Source of the DNA: Mobula hypostoma
Lineage: Eukaryota
Assembly: GCF_963921235.1 (NCBI RefSeq)
Contig: NC_086097.1
Span: forward strand, 8,990,001-9,054,000
DNA length: 64,000 nt
Direction of reading: 5' to 3'
Part shown: positions 11,606 through 25,829 of the stretch, one piece after another
How positions within the stretch are numbered: the stretch's first letter is position 1
Layout: each line of letters starts with the position of its first letter
The notes under the pieces: generated by a model
What the model was told of the DNA's origin: nothing
What the model saw: the letters and a program-made list of their open reading frames with translations, nothing else
Databases searched by the model: none
Program-made: the position numbers and the translations under genes

Positions 11606-12979
11606 TAAAGAACAAAATAATAAAAAAAACAGAAGAAATATATCAGTAAATATGTAAGATAGATCCCAAAGCAGTTGTTGTGAGCATAAACACAACAGGA
11701 AAAGAGCAGCTAGTTCATCAAACCATATACCCCACTGACCCTGTGGGGTGTCTCTTGATGGCTTACGACTTGCGCTGCCTGGGAAAGTGCACCAGCCAGT
11801 CTGCTTGCAGTAAGTTTCACAACGGCAAGAGAATCACATAGCAAGTTTTTTCTGTCAGTGTTACTAGAGCTCCCTCATATCAGTAACACCAACCCACACC
11901 AGTTCAAAATGTATCCCAGGTGTTAGAGTTCAAAGTTCTTCTCAGAGTCAGTCATTCATGACAATTCAGACTGCTCGTCAAATTTACCCCAGCTGTGTTT
12001 GCTTCAACAACTTCCTCTGCTTATCCGTCCTTACCAGTTTGGAATGTTTCTCAGACTTATCCTTTCTCAACTAATTCACAAGATTTTTCAGATTAATGCA
12101 TTTGGATTCCATGGAGCAGTTCACAGATATTCTACCTCCATTGCTCCCTGGAAGAGTCAAACCCAAAGTCTAATTCAAAAGTAAATTTGTTATCAAAGTA
12201 TATGTATGTCAACTGAGATTCATTTTTGTGTGGGGATTCACAGTAAGTACAAAGAAGCACTATAGCATCAATGAAAAAATGCACACACACTACAAAATGG
12301 ACAAACAGTCAATGTGCAAAAGACTGTGTAAATAAAAAAAAGAAAAAAAAATAAGCAATCAATATCGAGAACTTGAAATGAACATTCCTTGAATGGGACT
12401 CCATAGGCTGTGGGTGCAGTTCAGTTTTGGGGTGAGTTATGTTGATTGAAGTTACCCCTTTTAGGTCAAAAGCCTGATGGTTGAGGGTTAATAGCTGTTC
12501 CTGAATCTGTTGGTGGATCCTCAGGCGCCTGTATCTCTTTCCTGATGCCAACGGAGGGAAGAGAGCATGGCATGGATGTTGGCCATTGAGAACTTCTCAT
12601 GATGATTCTAAGCAAGAATAATTGGGATTCTGAGAATTTTAAAGTGGAAGCTTCTTTTTCAATTGCCTATTTTGGCAAAATGGCTAAGGCACTTTTCAAT
12701 GATGCCAGTTCTATTTTGAAGTTCCGAGTCAAGGCCTGAAACATATTCAAAGCAACATTCGATGTTGTTTGAACCTCTAATGCCTTCATCACTTTAGTAG
12801 AAATTAAATACTAATTTGTTTTGTATAATTTGTGGGTTTCTTGTTTGGTTTTCAAATTCCACTGCTTATTTAAACTGAAATGTGATATCTGTCAAGGCCC
12901 AAATCTGCCTGGTGCAAGAGAAAATTGGTCAGGTTGTAATAATCACCAACCAGAGAAAATCGGTGGATGCCAGAAGTTC

Positions 12980-13715
12980 AAGCAGCACACACAAAGTGCT
13001 GGAGGAACTCAGCAGGCCAGGCAGCATCCATGGAAAAGAGTAAACAGTCGATGGGGGAAGGGGGAATCCGACAGAAGGCCATGGAAGAAGGAAAAGGGGG
13101 AGGATGATATGCTGGAATGGGAAATGGAATTAAAATGGAGGGCCACTGGGAGATCCCACTTTTTCTGGTGGACGGAGCGCAGGTGCTCGGCGAAGTGGTC
13201 TCCCAATCTACATCGGGGCTCACTGATATACAGGAAGCCATGCTGGGAGCACCAGTAGACCACACCAACAGACTCACAGGCGAGTTGTGCAGGGAGCGAT
13301 CAAAGCGGAAAGCAGAAAGTGGGGGGTGGGGAGGAAAAGGTGTGCTTGGTTGTGGGATCTCATTGGAGATGGCCGAAGTTATGGAGAATTATGTGCTGGA
13401 CGGGGAGGCTAGTGGAGTGCTAGGTGAGGACAAGAAGAACGCTATCCCTGATGGGGTGGAAGGGAACAACCCCTATGCGACTTCCTCGTCCATTCGTCCC
13501 TCCCCCCGATCTCCCTCCTGGCACTTTGCAAGCAGAACAAGTGCTACACCTTCCCCCACAATTTCTCCCTCACTACCATTCAGGACCCCAAACAGTCCTT
13601 CTAGGTGAGGCAACACTTCACCTGTGAGTCTGTTGGGGTCATCTACTGTATCTGGTGCTCCCACTGTGGCCGCCTGTATATATCAGTGAAACCCAACATA
13701 GATTGGAAGACCACT
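12980..13715. mobile_element. Rearranged Penelope-like element (GIY-YIG pieces in both orientations)
   Basis: Minus: VYWCSQHGFLYISEPRCRLGDHFAEH...VALHFN. Plus (13605 onward): FTCESVGVIYCIWCSHCGRLYI. Confidence 0.8.
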
Positions 13716-13729
13716 ACTCTCTATCCATC

Positions 13730-14180
13730 AGAAAGAATTAGGCCATTCAGCCCATTGAATCTGCTCTGGCATTCCATTGTCGCTTATTTATTATCCCTTT
13801 CAACCCCATTTACCTGCCTTCTCTCCTTAACCTTTGAAGTCCTTACCAATTAGATTCAAACTCTGCCTTAAATATACTCAATATCTCGGTCTCCAAAGCC
13901 CTCTGTGGAAATGAATTCCACAGATTCACAACCCTGTGGCTGAAGAAATTCCACTTCATCTGCATTCAAAATGGACATCTCTCTATTCTGAGGTTGTGCC
14001 CTCTGGTCCTAGACTCACCCACTAGAGGAAAGTCCTCTCCACATCCACTCTATCTAGATTTTTCAATATTCTATAGATATCAATGAGATCCTCCCTCATT
14101 CTTCTAAACTCCAGAGCGTACAGGCACAGAGCCATCAAAAATCCTCATACATTAACTCTTTCATTCCTGGGATTGTTCCT
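13730..14180 (-). mobile_element. CR1 LINE 3' end
   Basis: AGAATTAGGCCATTCAGCCC terminus; minus strand encodes ESRTRGHNLRI and FFSHRVVNLWNSFP. Confidence 0.85.
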
Positions 14181-14706
14181 GCACTTCTTATTTAATTTAA
14201 CTATTTTATACATGTATACATACTGTAATTCACAGTTTCACAGTTGTTTACCTATTACTATGTATGCTGCTGCAAAATACCAAATTTCACGACATATGCT
14301 GGTGATATTAAGCTTGATTCGGATTCTCAGTCAGGTTTAATATCATTGGCAAATGTCGTGAAATTTGATATTTTGTAGAAATTTGCGAACGTCTTTGGTA
14401 TCAAACCAAAGCTGAAACTCTGAATTAAATATAGCCACTATTGAGCCCTCTTTGGAGCTGCATCGTATGTTGGGTCTATGTTAGATCCTCAGAGATAATG
14501 ACACTCAGGACTTGAAATTAACAACAAACAACATACATCAAAGTTGCTGGTGAACACAGCAGGCCAAGCAGCATCTATAGGAAGAGGCGCAGTCGACGTT
14601 TCAGGCCGAGACCCTTCGTCGTCGTTCACTCTTTGCACTTTTGATCTCTCTATGAGGATTGGTTTGTGTCCCCTTGTCTTACCCTTCTTGCAGTCCACAA
14701 TCAGTT

Positions 14707-15137
14707 CTGATATAACAGACCCCCGTACACCCTCTCATCACCATCTGAAATTTACTGATATAACAGACCCCCGTACACCCTCTCATCACCATCTGAAATT
14801 TACTGATATAACAGACCCCCGTACACCCCCTCATCACCATCTGAAATTTACTGATATAACAGACCCCCGTACACCCTCTCATCACCATCTGAAATTTACT
14901 GATATAACAGACCCCCGTACACCCTCTCATCACCATCTGAAATTTATTGATATAGCAGACCCCTGTACACCCTCTCATCACCATCTGAAATTTACTGATA
15001 TAACAGACCCCCGTACACCCTCTCATCACTATCTGAAACTTACAGATATAACAGACCCCCGTACACCCGCTCATCACCATCTGAAACTTACTGATATAAC
15101 AGACCCCCGTACACCCTCTCATCACCATCTGAAATTC
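14707..15137. repeat. Minisatellite, 9 copies of 48 bp (CTGATATAACAGACCCCCGTACACCCTCTCATCACCATCTGAAATTTA)
   Basis: Directly visible tandem array; translates as nine TDITDPRTPSHHHLKF units in ORF 14544-15146. Confidence 0.97.
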
Positions 15138-16744
15138 TGCCAATAATTCACAGCATTAATGTTGAAGTGCTATTTTATTCCCATATTCAGGGGAGAATTT
15201 CAGAGTTAATATATGTTATACAGCTTGTGATAGATGAGATGTTTTTTCAGGTTTAATATCATCGGCATATGTTGTGAAATTTGTTAACTTTGCAGCAGCA
15301 TTACAATGCAGTATATGATAATAGAGAAAAATTGTGAATTAGATTAAGTATATACGTATAAATAGTTAAATTAAGTAAATAGTGCAAAAATAGAAATAAA
15401 AAAATAGTGAGGTTGTGTTCATGGGTTCAATGTCCATTCAGAAATCAGAGGGGGAGCTTTTCCTGAATCACTGAGTATGTGCCTTCAGGCTCCTGTACCT
15501 CCTTTCTGATGGTAGTAATGAGAACAATGCACGATCTGCGTGATGGTAGTCCTTAGCGATGACACTACCTATTTTATTAGAGTTCGATACCAAATGGACT
15601 TTTCACTGATTTCCATAACCTTTAAGCTCACCTTTAAGGATTCTTCATTTCATATTCCCAATACTTTTTGCTTATTTATTTATTATTATTATTATTTCTT
15701 TTGTATTTGCAGTTTATCGTCTTTTGCATATTGTTTGTTTGTCCGTCATGTTGGATGCAGTCTTTCATTGATTCTATTGTGTTTCTTGAATTTACCGTGC
15801 ATGTCCACAAGAAAACAAATCTCAGGGCTGTATATAGTGACATATACATATGTACTTTGATAATACATTTACTTTGAACTTTAATTTTCTGTGGCAGAGT
15901 GAGGAGAGTGATGGACCATTTGGAATCATAGGATACATCTGGCATCATTTCCAAGCACAGCAAGCAGTGTGACAATTAACATACTGGAAAACAGAATTAA
16001 TATCCAATGGTTCTATCCTAATTTTAATATTCATGTGCTTGCATCAGCTCTCTTTATTGATTAGATTAGATTTTTGACTTGTTCCTCTGTTCATTAATGG
16101 TTTAATAATTGCTGAAAGAACATCTGTTTCGAGTAAAAGTGGATCACCATTAATGCATGGAAATGTAGACATGATAGTGCGTCTAAGAAGAACCTATATG
16201 TTTTAGCTTCAATTAAAAAAAAATGTGCCAAGAGCAATGAGCATTTAAGAATGAAACATTTATGCTTTATTCCAGAAGAATTATTCCTCCAGATAATTAA
16301 ATCTTTCAAAGGCCATTTAACAGAGGTAAATCAAAGGAAAAAAAGTTAATTTATTTAATTGTTCTGCAATGTGCATCCTGCATCTATTTTTCAATTTGTT
16401 AATGCAGGATATAAGAGCAATCACTGTGTGTTGTACCTCTTTATCTGCATACTGAGAAGCTAATTTCTCTAAGGGGGAATCAAGAACAAAGCAATATTTT
16501 CTTATATATAAAACAAACCATTGCAGGATTTTTGTTGAAACATCTGCTATCCCTTTGCCTCAAAAGGGCAGTATCCCTCAGTAATGACCCCTTCACCCAG
16601 TACATGCCCTCTTCTCATTGTTACCTGGAGCGTGAAGACACACACTGAGAGTTTTAGGAACAGCTTCTTACCCTCTGCCATCAGATCAGATTTCTAAGTG
16701 GTCAAAATGAAGCCATGAACACTACATTAGTGTTCCACTTGCAA

Positions 16745-17870
16745 CAGCCCATCAGTACCACTCTCCTCCGCCAAGCAGAACTTGTCCTCACACTCAGTAA
16801 TTTCTCCTTTGGCTCCTCCTACTTCCTTCAAACAAAAGGGGTAGCCATGGGCACTCACATGGGTCCCAGCTATGCCTGCCTGTTTCATAGCTACCTGGAA
16901 CAGTCTATGTTCCAAGCCTCCACTGGTGACCGACCTGAACTTTTCCTGTGCTACATCGACGACTGCATTGGTGCTGCTTCCTGCATCCGTGCTGAACTCA
17001 TCGACTTCACACTCTTTGCCTCCAATTTCCGCCTTGCACTCAAATTGACCTGGTCCATTTCCGACACCTCCCTTCCCTTTCTCGATCTCATTGTCTCTAT
17101 CTCCAGAGACTCCTCATCTACTGATGTCTATTACAAACTCACGGACTCTCACAGCTACCTAGACTACACCTCATCCCACCTTACTGCTTGTAAAAATGCC
17201 ATCTCCTTTTCTCAATTCCTCTGTCTCCATTGCATCTGCTCTCAGGATGAGGCCTTTCATTCTAGAACAAAGGTGATGGCCTCCTTTTTCAAAGAAAGGG
17301 GCTTCCCTTCCTCCACTATCAATGCTGTCCTCAACCACATCTCTTCCATTTCATGCATGTCTAATCTTACCCCATCCTCCCACCACCTGACCAGGGATAG
17401 AGGGATAGGGTTCCTCTTGTCCTTCCCTACCATTCCACAAGTCTATGCGTCCAGCACATAATTCTACGAAACCTCTGCTACCTCCAACGGAATCCCACCA
17501 CCAAGCACATCTTTCCCTCCACCATCCCCCAACCCCATTTCTGCTTTCAACAGGGATTGCTCCCTTCGTGATTCTATTGTCTATTTGTCCTTCCCCACTG
17601 ATCTCTGTCCTGGCACTTATCCTTGCAAGCAGAGCAAGTGCTACAAACGACCCTATACCTTCTCCCTCACTACCATACAGGGCCCTAAACCGTGCTTCCA
17701 GGTGAGGCGACACATCACCTGTGAGTCTTTTGGGGTCCTATACTGTGTTCGGTGCTCTCAGTGTGGCCTCCTGTACATTGCTGAGACCCGACGTAGATTG
17801 AGAGACTGCTTCACTGAGCATCTACACTCTGTCCACCAGAACAAGAGGGATCTCCCAGTGGCCACCCAGT
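16745..17870 (+). mobile_element. Penelope-like element: reverse transcriptase and GIY-YIG endonuclease, degenerate
   Basis: GVAMGTHMGPSYACLF, YIDD, LPFLD and VYYKLTDSHSYLDYTSSH in ORF 16715-17461; TCESFGVLYCVRCSQCGLLYIAETRRRLRDCFTEH in ORF 17585-17878. Confidence 0.93.
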
Positions 17871-18272
17871 TATATTAAAATTGATTCTGATTCTGCACAA
17901 ATACTGATTGGCTGTTGAGTTTCTCCATCAGTCTGTGCTCTAAATTCTAGTTGTCTCTTCTATCTCCAATATTTGATAGGTTGGGTCCTAGAAGAGCACT
18001 ATGTTTGAAAATATTGAAAGAATATTACCATGCAGAGTCTTTTCTCCTGTTGAGCTCCATTTGTCTTGACTAGTTGTAGGGGAAGTAGACAAGACTTGTA
18101 TCTGGTTCGCAGGTCATAGAGATGCACAATCTACCTAGTGAATCTTCTCAGCACACTGTCCAGTACAACTATAATCTTCATTACAAAGATGCACTTCTTC
18201 AGCCAAGTTCTCATCAGCACCATGTAAAGCTGCTTCATAATTTCCTCACTTTCATAATTTATACCTCTTTCA

Positions 18273-18665
18273 GTAACACGGTCATGATGTGGTTAGCACA
18301 ATGCTATGACACCTCAGAGTTCAGATTTCAGTCCCACCACCATTCACAAAGAGTTTGTTTGCTCCACCCATGTGGGTTTTCTCCGGGTTCTCCAGTTTCT
18401 TCCCACACTCCAAAGACGTACTGGTTGGTAGATTAATTTGTCACTGTAAATTACCCTGTGATTAGGCTTTGGTTAAACAGGTGGACCGCTGGGTGGTGCA
18501 ACTTGTTGGGCCGAAAGGGATTATTCTGTGCTGTATCCCTAAATAAATAAATAAACAAAAACATCCATGCATACGGATGAATGGATGAATAAATGAATAG
18601 ATAGATAAATGAATGATACATAGATAAAAATGCATAGATACATAGATAAATAAATGAAGAAATGA
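18273..18665 (+). mobile_element. V-SINE/HE1-like SINE with AAAT/GAAT/GATA simple-repeat tail
   Basis: GTGGTTAGCACAATGCT head, GGGTTTTCTCCGGGTTCTCCAGTTTCTTCCCACACTCCAAAGACGT core, tetranucleotide tail at 18540-18665. Confidence 0.75.
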
Positions 18666-19254
18666 ATAACCTGGAGGCTGGTAAGTCAATCATGGAGCAA
18701 AATGCACGTTCAGGTCATGGTACAGTAGAAGGTCAACATCAAGGTAAAATTAATTTTGAGGTCATTGGTCAGTCTCACAACATGGTTGTGAGGTGCAGAA
18801 GTTGCAATTGGAGAGGAGGTTTGAGTGTCCTTGGAGGTGGGTTTTTGAAAGATATATATTTAACTTCAATCTGACCTCACTGAAACAGAATCTGAGTGTC
18901 AACTCCAGATTGGGTCCTGCATGGGTAAGACCCATTTTAACTAATAATGTAACCTGTTGTTTCTATGTTGTGAAGACCTTTCTGTATGATATATGTGCAG
19001 TCCAAGCATGAATAGACACATAACATAGATGTAAAACATCGCATACCACTCAATGCCACTCCAAAGATTCAGATTTAGATTAAATGTAATTCTGTTATCT
19101 GTACAATGCCTTCACATCACAGCTAAATACTCAGGTACAATGTAACAATTGCCATATTTACCGTGTGTGAACAAGGCCATCATGAAAACTTCCTTGTTTT
19201 ATTTGAATCAAGCCCTTTAACATCTATCTGATCAATCCATTATTTCATGTTTTC

Positions 19255-19665
19255 TCAGGAGCAGTGTGGAGGATGAGAAGAGATCTGATAGTGGTCGATA
19301 AGATTATAGGAATCATAGATAGAGTAGAAAGACAGTATATTTTTTCCAAGGTTGAAATGTCTAATGCCAGAGGGCATGCATTTAAGGCAAGAAGGGGTAA
19401 TTTTAAAGGAGATGTGAGGAGCAAGTGTTTTTTTTTAAACACAGTGAGTGGTGGGTGCCTGAGATTTGCTGCTGGATGGTGGTAGAGGCAGATACTATAC
19501 ATTAGGGACCTTTAAGAGACATTTAAAGAGACATATGAATGAGAGAAAAATAGAAGGATATGGACATTGTGCAGGCAGAAGGGATTATTTTAGTTAGCTA
19601 TTTGATTGCTAATTTAGTTGGTTTGACACAATATTATGGGCTGAAGGCATGTCATTGTGCTGTAC
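19255..19665 (+). mobile_element. CR1 LINE 3' end, degenerate
   Basis: WRMRRDLIVVDKII...ARGHAFKAR in ORF 19264-19485. Confidence 0.75.
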
Positions 19666-20914
19666 TGTTTGTTGTTTGATGTTCTATGCATGTTTGATAC
19701 AATGCAGAGAAGCTTTGCTCAGATTACATTCTGGAGAAATGTGTAAACATGAAATGTGGAACTCCAAGGCCAAGTTGACCATGAGCCTCAAAGTCAGCTT
19801 ATTTTTTCTGAAATACGATGAGGGAGATCAGCCAGAGAGGATCACATGACCATGTAAAGGGCTGTATGGAAACCAGGTTGTAAGGTTCAAGAGATGGCAG
19901 CTACTGGAAATCTGAAGCAACAAACACACAAAATGCTGGAGGAACTCAGCAGGTCAGGCAGCATCGATGGATGAAATTGGATGCAGTGTCTTGGCCTAAA
20001 ACATCAACTGTTCTTCACTTCCCTCCATTGATATGGCTTGACATGTTGAATTTTGTGTGTGTCGTTAAAGCAGGTGAGACTTCTTCGCCGGTGCTGCCTA
20101 ATTTTTATTTTTGTGCCTCACACTCCTCCCACTGCTGCCATCTGATGAGCAGATGAGAAAGACTAAAATCCACCCTGCTATTTCCCCACTTTCTTCTTTC
20201 AATATTGTTTTGTCTTTAATATATATTTTGACACTTCCTGTAAGAAGTAAGATGGATTGAAATTAATCAGATTTGACAGTGTACATCTGCAGTGTGATAC
20301 ATGCAGTGTATTAACACTGAACATGTGAAGTTGTGCAAAAATGAAATGATACTCCAACAACATTGGCGGCCTCTCGTTACCATGCTGATTCAATCAAAGT
20401 TGCATGTTTCACCACAAAATATTACACGGCTCATGCTTCATTAGAGCAAAATTACATAAATCAGATTTTCATTTCCTGGTCAAAGAAAGTGTCTCTTTTA
20501 TGTCTGCTAACATTTAGACTGCATTTCAGCAACATCAAAAAATCAAATTCACACACATGAGTACAGATAAAACATCCAATCAGTCTGAAAAGTACAAAAT
20601 ATTCTGCAGTGACCTTCATATAGGGTGGTGATTCCAATCTGTCATTTATAACTCTTAAATATCCTGTGTATAACAGATGGTTAACAAAAATGTTTTGTTA
20701 AATGTTGCTTTGAATTTCAACAGATTTCTTCCTACTTCAATAGGGACCATTAACATAGTAGGCAAGCAGATTCAAACACAGGGTTTCAACCTGAAATTTA
20801 GGCAATTTCTTTCAGATGCTGCTCAATCCATTCAGATCCTCCAGCAGATTGTTGGTCCAAATTCCAATGTCTGTCATCTCTTGGTCTCTCTGTGTTCCAT
20901 AAAAATATTGTGGG

Positions 20915-21073
20915 ACCCACATCAGTCCTCATGGGGGGATCAGAAGTGGAAAGAGTGAACAATTTCACATTCATGGGTGTCCATATAAGTAGGATCTAAC
21001 TTGGACCCAACATATTGATTCAGCTACAGATAAGGCATGCCAGTAGCTATATTTTATTAGGAGTTTGAGAAGA
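20915..21073 (+). mobile_element. Rex1/Babar-like LINE fragment (host of a CR1 insertion; continues at 24711-25100)
   Basis: EVERVNNFTFMGV...LTWTQHI...YFIRSLRR continues as RRFGMSPKTLENFYRCAVESI after the CR1. Confidence 0.8.
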
Positions 21074-24000
21074 CCATAGATCATAAGACGTAAGAGCAGA
21101 AATAAACCATTTGGCCCATAGAGTCTGCTCCGCTATTCAATCATGGCTGATACATTTTTCCCCTCCTCAGCTCCACTCCCCGGCCTTCTGCCTGTGACTT
21201 TTGTTGCCATGTCCAATCAAGTACCTATCGAGCTCTGCCTTAACTGTATCCAATGACCTAGCCTCCACAGCTGCCTTTGGTAACAAATTCCACAAATTCA
21301 CCACCTTCTGGCTAAAGAAATTTCTTCACATTTCTGTTTTAAATGGACGCCTATCTATCCTGAGATTGTGCCCTCTTGTCCTAGACTCTTTACCATGGGA
21401 CACATCCTTTCCAAATCTACTCTGTCCAGGCCTTTCAACATTCAAAAGGTTTCAATGAGATACCCCATCATCCTTCTAAATTCCAGCAAGTACAGGCACA
21501 GAGCTATAAGATGTTTCTCATATAATAACCCTTTTATTCCTGGAATCATCCTTGTGAACCTCCTCTGGAACCTCTCTAATGGTTGCACATTTCTTCTTAG
21601 ATGAGGAGCCCAAAACTGTCCACGATACTCAGGGTGAGACCTCACCAGTGCCTTATAAAGCCTCAAATTTACACCCCTGCTCTTATATTCTGGATCTCTT
21701 GAAATAAATGCTAAGATTGCATTTGCCTTTCTCACCACCAACTCAGCTTGCAAGTTAACCTTCAGGGTGTTCTGTACAAGGACTCCCAAGTCCCTTTGAA
21801 TCTCAGATTTTTTGAGTTTCTCCCCATTTAGAAAATAGTCCGCACATTTATTTCTACCACCAAAGTTCACAACCGTGCATTCTCCAACAGTGTACCTGTT
21901 TCCTCAACTCTACTTGCCTCTCCACCAATTTTGTATCATTTGCAATCTTGGCAACAAAGCCATCTATTTCATCATCTAAATCATTTATATACAACATAAA
22001 AAGAATTTCAACAGGTTCATCAGGGAAGAATTTCCCTTAAAGATACCACGTGGACTTATGTTGTGTCACCAGGAACTCCATAACCTCATCATTAACAATT
22101 GACTCCAACACCTTCCCAACCACTGAGGTCAGTCTAACTGGTCTATAATTTCCTTTCTGCTGCCTTCCTCCTTTCTTAAACAGTGGGGTGACATTTGCAA
22201 TTCTTCAGTCTTCTGGCACCATGCCAGAGTCCAGTGAAATTTTGAAAGATCATTGCTAATGCCTCCACAATCTCTAATCCTACCTCTTTCAGAACCGTAG
22301 AGTGCAATTCATCTTGTCCAAGTGACTTATGTATCTTTAGCTCACACCCTTCAACATCTGGCACACTGCTGGTGTCTTTCGCAGTGAAGACTGATGCAAA
22401 ATACTCATTTAATTCATCTGCCATCTCCTTATTCCCCATTATTATTTCTCCGGGCTCATTTTCTAGTAATCCAGCATTCACTGTCATCTTTCTTTTAATT
22501 TTTTACATATTTGGAAAAACTTTTACTATCCACATTGATATTGTTTGCTAGCTTGCTTTCATATTTCATCTTTTCCCTCTCTTGTACTTTTACATTAGCT
22601 TTGGCTTCCCTTGTCACCCAATGACTGTACAATTTTGCCATTTGAGTATTTCTTTGTTTTTGGAATACATCTGCACCTTGCCCATTTTTCCCAGAAACTT
22701 TAGCCATCGCTGCTCTGCTGTTATCTCTGCCAGTAATTTCTTTACTTTACTGAAATACTGCTACGTCAGACTTTACTTTCTCCCTATCAAATTTCAAATT
22801 AATCTCAATCATATTGTGCTTTTTTTTACCTTAAGCTCCCTAATCATCTCCAGTTGATTACATAACACCCAATCCAGTATAGCTGATCCCTTCGTAGGCT
22901 CAATGACAAACTACTCTAAAAAGCCACCTCATGGACATTCAGCAAACTTGTTCTCTTAAGATCCATTACAAACCTGATTTTCCCAATCAGCCTGCATGTT
23001 GAAATCTCCCAGGACTACCATAACATAGCTCTTTTGACATGTGGTCCACATCCCAGCTACTGTTGGAAGGCCCGCATATAACTGCCTTCAGGGGCCTTTT
23101 ACACTTCTAGTGTCTTAACTCAACCCATAAGGATTCAATATCTTCCAGTTCTATGTCACATCTTTCTACTGATTTGATGCCATTCCTAATCAGCAGAGCC
23201 ATACCACCCCCTCTGCCTACCTTCCTATCCCTCCAACAGAACGTGTAATCTTGGACATTCAGGATCCAACTACAACCATCCTTTGGGCATGCTTCAGTGA
23301 TGGCCACAGCATATCTGATAACCTGTAATAGATCATCCACCTTATTTCTTATACCTTGTGCACTGAGATATAACACTTTGCATTCTATATTTGCTACCTT
23401 TTTATACGCTGCATCCCTAATGCACTGATACTCACCCTGTTGGCTGAAAGTTTGTCCTATCATCTGCCTGCCCTTCCTGACAGTGTGACTGCATATTATC
23501 TTTGATTTTTTTTACCCTCCGTCCTATCCTGAGTCCCTTCACTCCAGTTCTCACTCCCCTGCCAAATTAGTTTAAACCCTCCCCAACAGCTCTAGCAAAC
23601 TTACTCGTAGAAATATTGGTCTCCCTTGGGTTCAGGTGCAACCTGTCACTTCTGTACAGGTCGTAATACCCCCAGAAGAGATCCCAATGATCCAAGAACC
23701 TGAAACCCTGCCCCTTGCACGGCTTCTCAGCCACACAGTTATCTGGCAGATCATCCTGATTCTACCCTCACTGGCTCATGGCAGAGGCAGCAATCCAGGA
23801 ATTACTACCCTGGAGGTCCTGTTTCTCAGCTTTCTACCTAGCTCTCTAAATTCTCTTTTCAGGACCTCTTTGCTTTTCCTTCCTATGCCATTGGTACCAA
23901 TATCTACTAAGACATCTGTCTGATCTCCCTCCCCTCCAAAATGCTGTGGACGTGATCCAAGTCATCCCTGACCCTGGCACCTGGGAAGCAACATACCATT

Positions 24001-24710
24001 TGGGTGTCCTATTCACATGCGCAGAATTTCCTGTCTGTTCCCTATCACTACCGCTCCCTTCTTCTCCCTCTTTACCTTTCGCATCACGGACCCATGTTCA
24101 GTGGCAATAACCTGGTCATCGTGGCATTCCACTGGGAGGTCATCCCCCACAACAGTATCCAAAACTTTATCCTTAATATTGAGTGAAAAGGCCACAGGGG
24201 TATTCTGCATGAACTGCCTATTCACATTTCTGTTTCTCTTGACAGCCACTTAGCTACCCGCCTAATGCAAGCAGGGTGACTACTTCCCTGTAACTCTGAT
24301 TGATTATCACCTCACTGTACCGTATAAACTGAAGGTCATCAAACTGCTCCAGATCGCTCACACGATCTGCAAAGAGCTATAACTGGATTCATTTCATGCA
24401 GATATAGTTCATACATACGGCATAAAGAGCACACAGTGACTATTTACTACACTAGAATAGTAAAAGAAAAGGGAACCTCAGCAGAAACTTACTCAGGGCC
24501 AATGCCTCATTCAAGCCATAGCCTCCTTTAAGTCAACGCCTGACACTCCTACTCTCACTACTGCTCCACCCCCAACAATGGGCACCAGGCTTGTCCCTTC
24601 TGTACTTTTAAACAAGTGTCACCGATCTGTGAGGAACCTTATCGCTGTGGTGTGTTCTTGCCGCTGAATGGCCCACCTGAATGCCCGTGAAGCTCTCCTT
24701 TCAAACATTA
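21074..24710 (-). mobile_element. Near end-to-end CR1 LINE (5' UTR, ORF1 esterase, endonuclease, RT with deletions, 3' tail)
   Basis: GAGAAGA duplicated at 21067-21073 and 24711-24717. ORF1 SGNH motif DIGTNGI...FRELGRKL; endonuclease VLYLSAQGIRNKVDDL...AITE; RT C-terminus LYKALVRSHPEY...FWAPHLR. Confidence 0.9.
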
Positions 24711-25129
24711 GAGAAGATTTGGTATGTCACCAAAAACACTTGAAAATTTCTACAGATGTGCCGTGGAGAGCATTCGAACTGGCTGCATCATTGTCTGGTA
24801 TGGGGGAGCTGGGGTGGGGCGGCAAATGCTCAGGATCAAAGTAAGCTGCAGAGAGTTGTAAAATTACTCAGCTCCATCATGGGCACTGGCCTCCATAGTA
24901 TCCATGACATCTTCAAGGATCAATGCCTCAAAAAGACAGTGTCCAACACAAACACCCAGGCATGCCTTGTCTCAATGCTACCATGAGGAAGGAGGTACAG
25001 AAGCCTGAAGGCAGACAACCAACAATTCAGGAACAACCTCTTCCCCTCTGCCATCTGATTTCTGAATGGACATTGAACCCATGAACACTACCTCACTACT
25101 TTTACTTGGGGTCAAAAATACCTTTTATA

Positions 25130-25826
25130 GGCACTGTAAAAAAAAATCTCGTAGGTATTCTAGAAATTCCCTATCTTGGGATCCAGCACCAGACAAAATT
25201 TTCCAATCAACCTGCAAATTGAAATTCCCCATGATTATCGTAACATTGACCTTTTGACATGCATTTGATATCTCCCACTGTAATTTGTAGACCACATATT
25301 TATTACTGTTTGGGGTCTGTATATAACTGACATCAGGGTATTTTTATCCTTGTAGTTCTTTAGTTCTATTCATAATGATTCAACACCTTCTGATCCTATG
25401 ATACCTCCTTCTAATAATTTGATTTCATTTTTTACCAACAGAGCATCCCTACCCCTTCGGCCTACTTAGGGGTGTCCTGTCAATATGATGTGTATCCTTG
25501 GACATTAAGTTCCCAGCTATAATCTTCTTTCAGCCATGATTCAGTGATGCCTACAGCATCATACCAGCCAATCTCTAACTGTGCTACAAGTCCATCTACC
25601 TTTTTCCGTGTACTGCATGCATTCAAGTATAGCACCTTCAGTCCCTGTAAAGGTCCTTTTTGATTTTGACCTCCTTTTACATTGCAACTCATCCAATTCT
25701 GCCCTGTCATCAACCTCTCCTTGCTATCATTCTCACTACACATTGCATCTGTTTGTAAACCACCTACCTCATCTTCAGCAGTATCCCTCCGGTTTTCATC
25801 GCCTTGCCAAATTAGTTTAAACCCAC
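25130..25826 (-). mobile_element. CR1 ORF2 endonuclease-domain fragment
   Basis: LKVLYLNACSTRKKVDGLVAQLEIGWYDAVGITESWL in ORF 25480-25743. Confidence 0.88.
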
Positions 25827-25829
25827 TGG

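Noticed and set aside
14544..15146. 200-aa His-rich repeat protein, or a CRISPR-like array
   Set aside because: Units are contiguous near-identical 48-mers with no unique spacers. The ORF is a chimera of a Penelope terminus, antisense LINE sequence and the VNTR.
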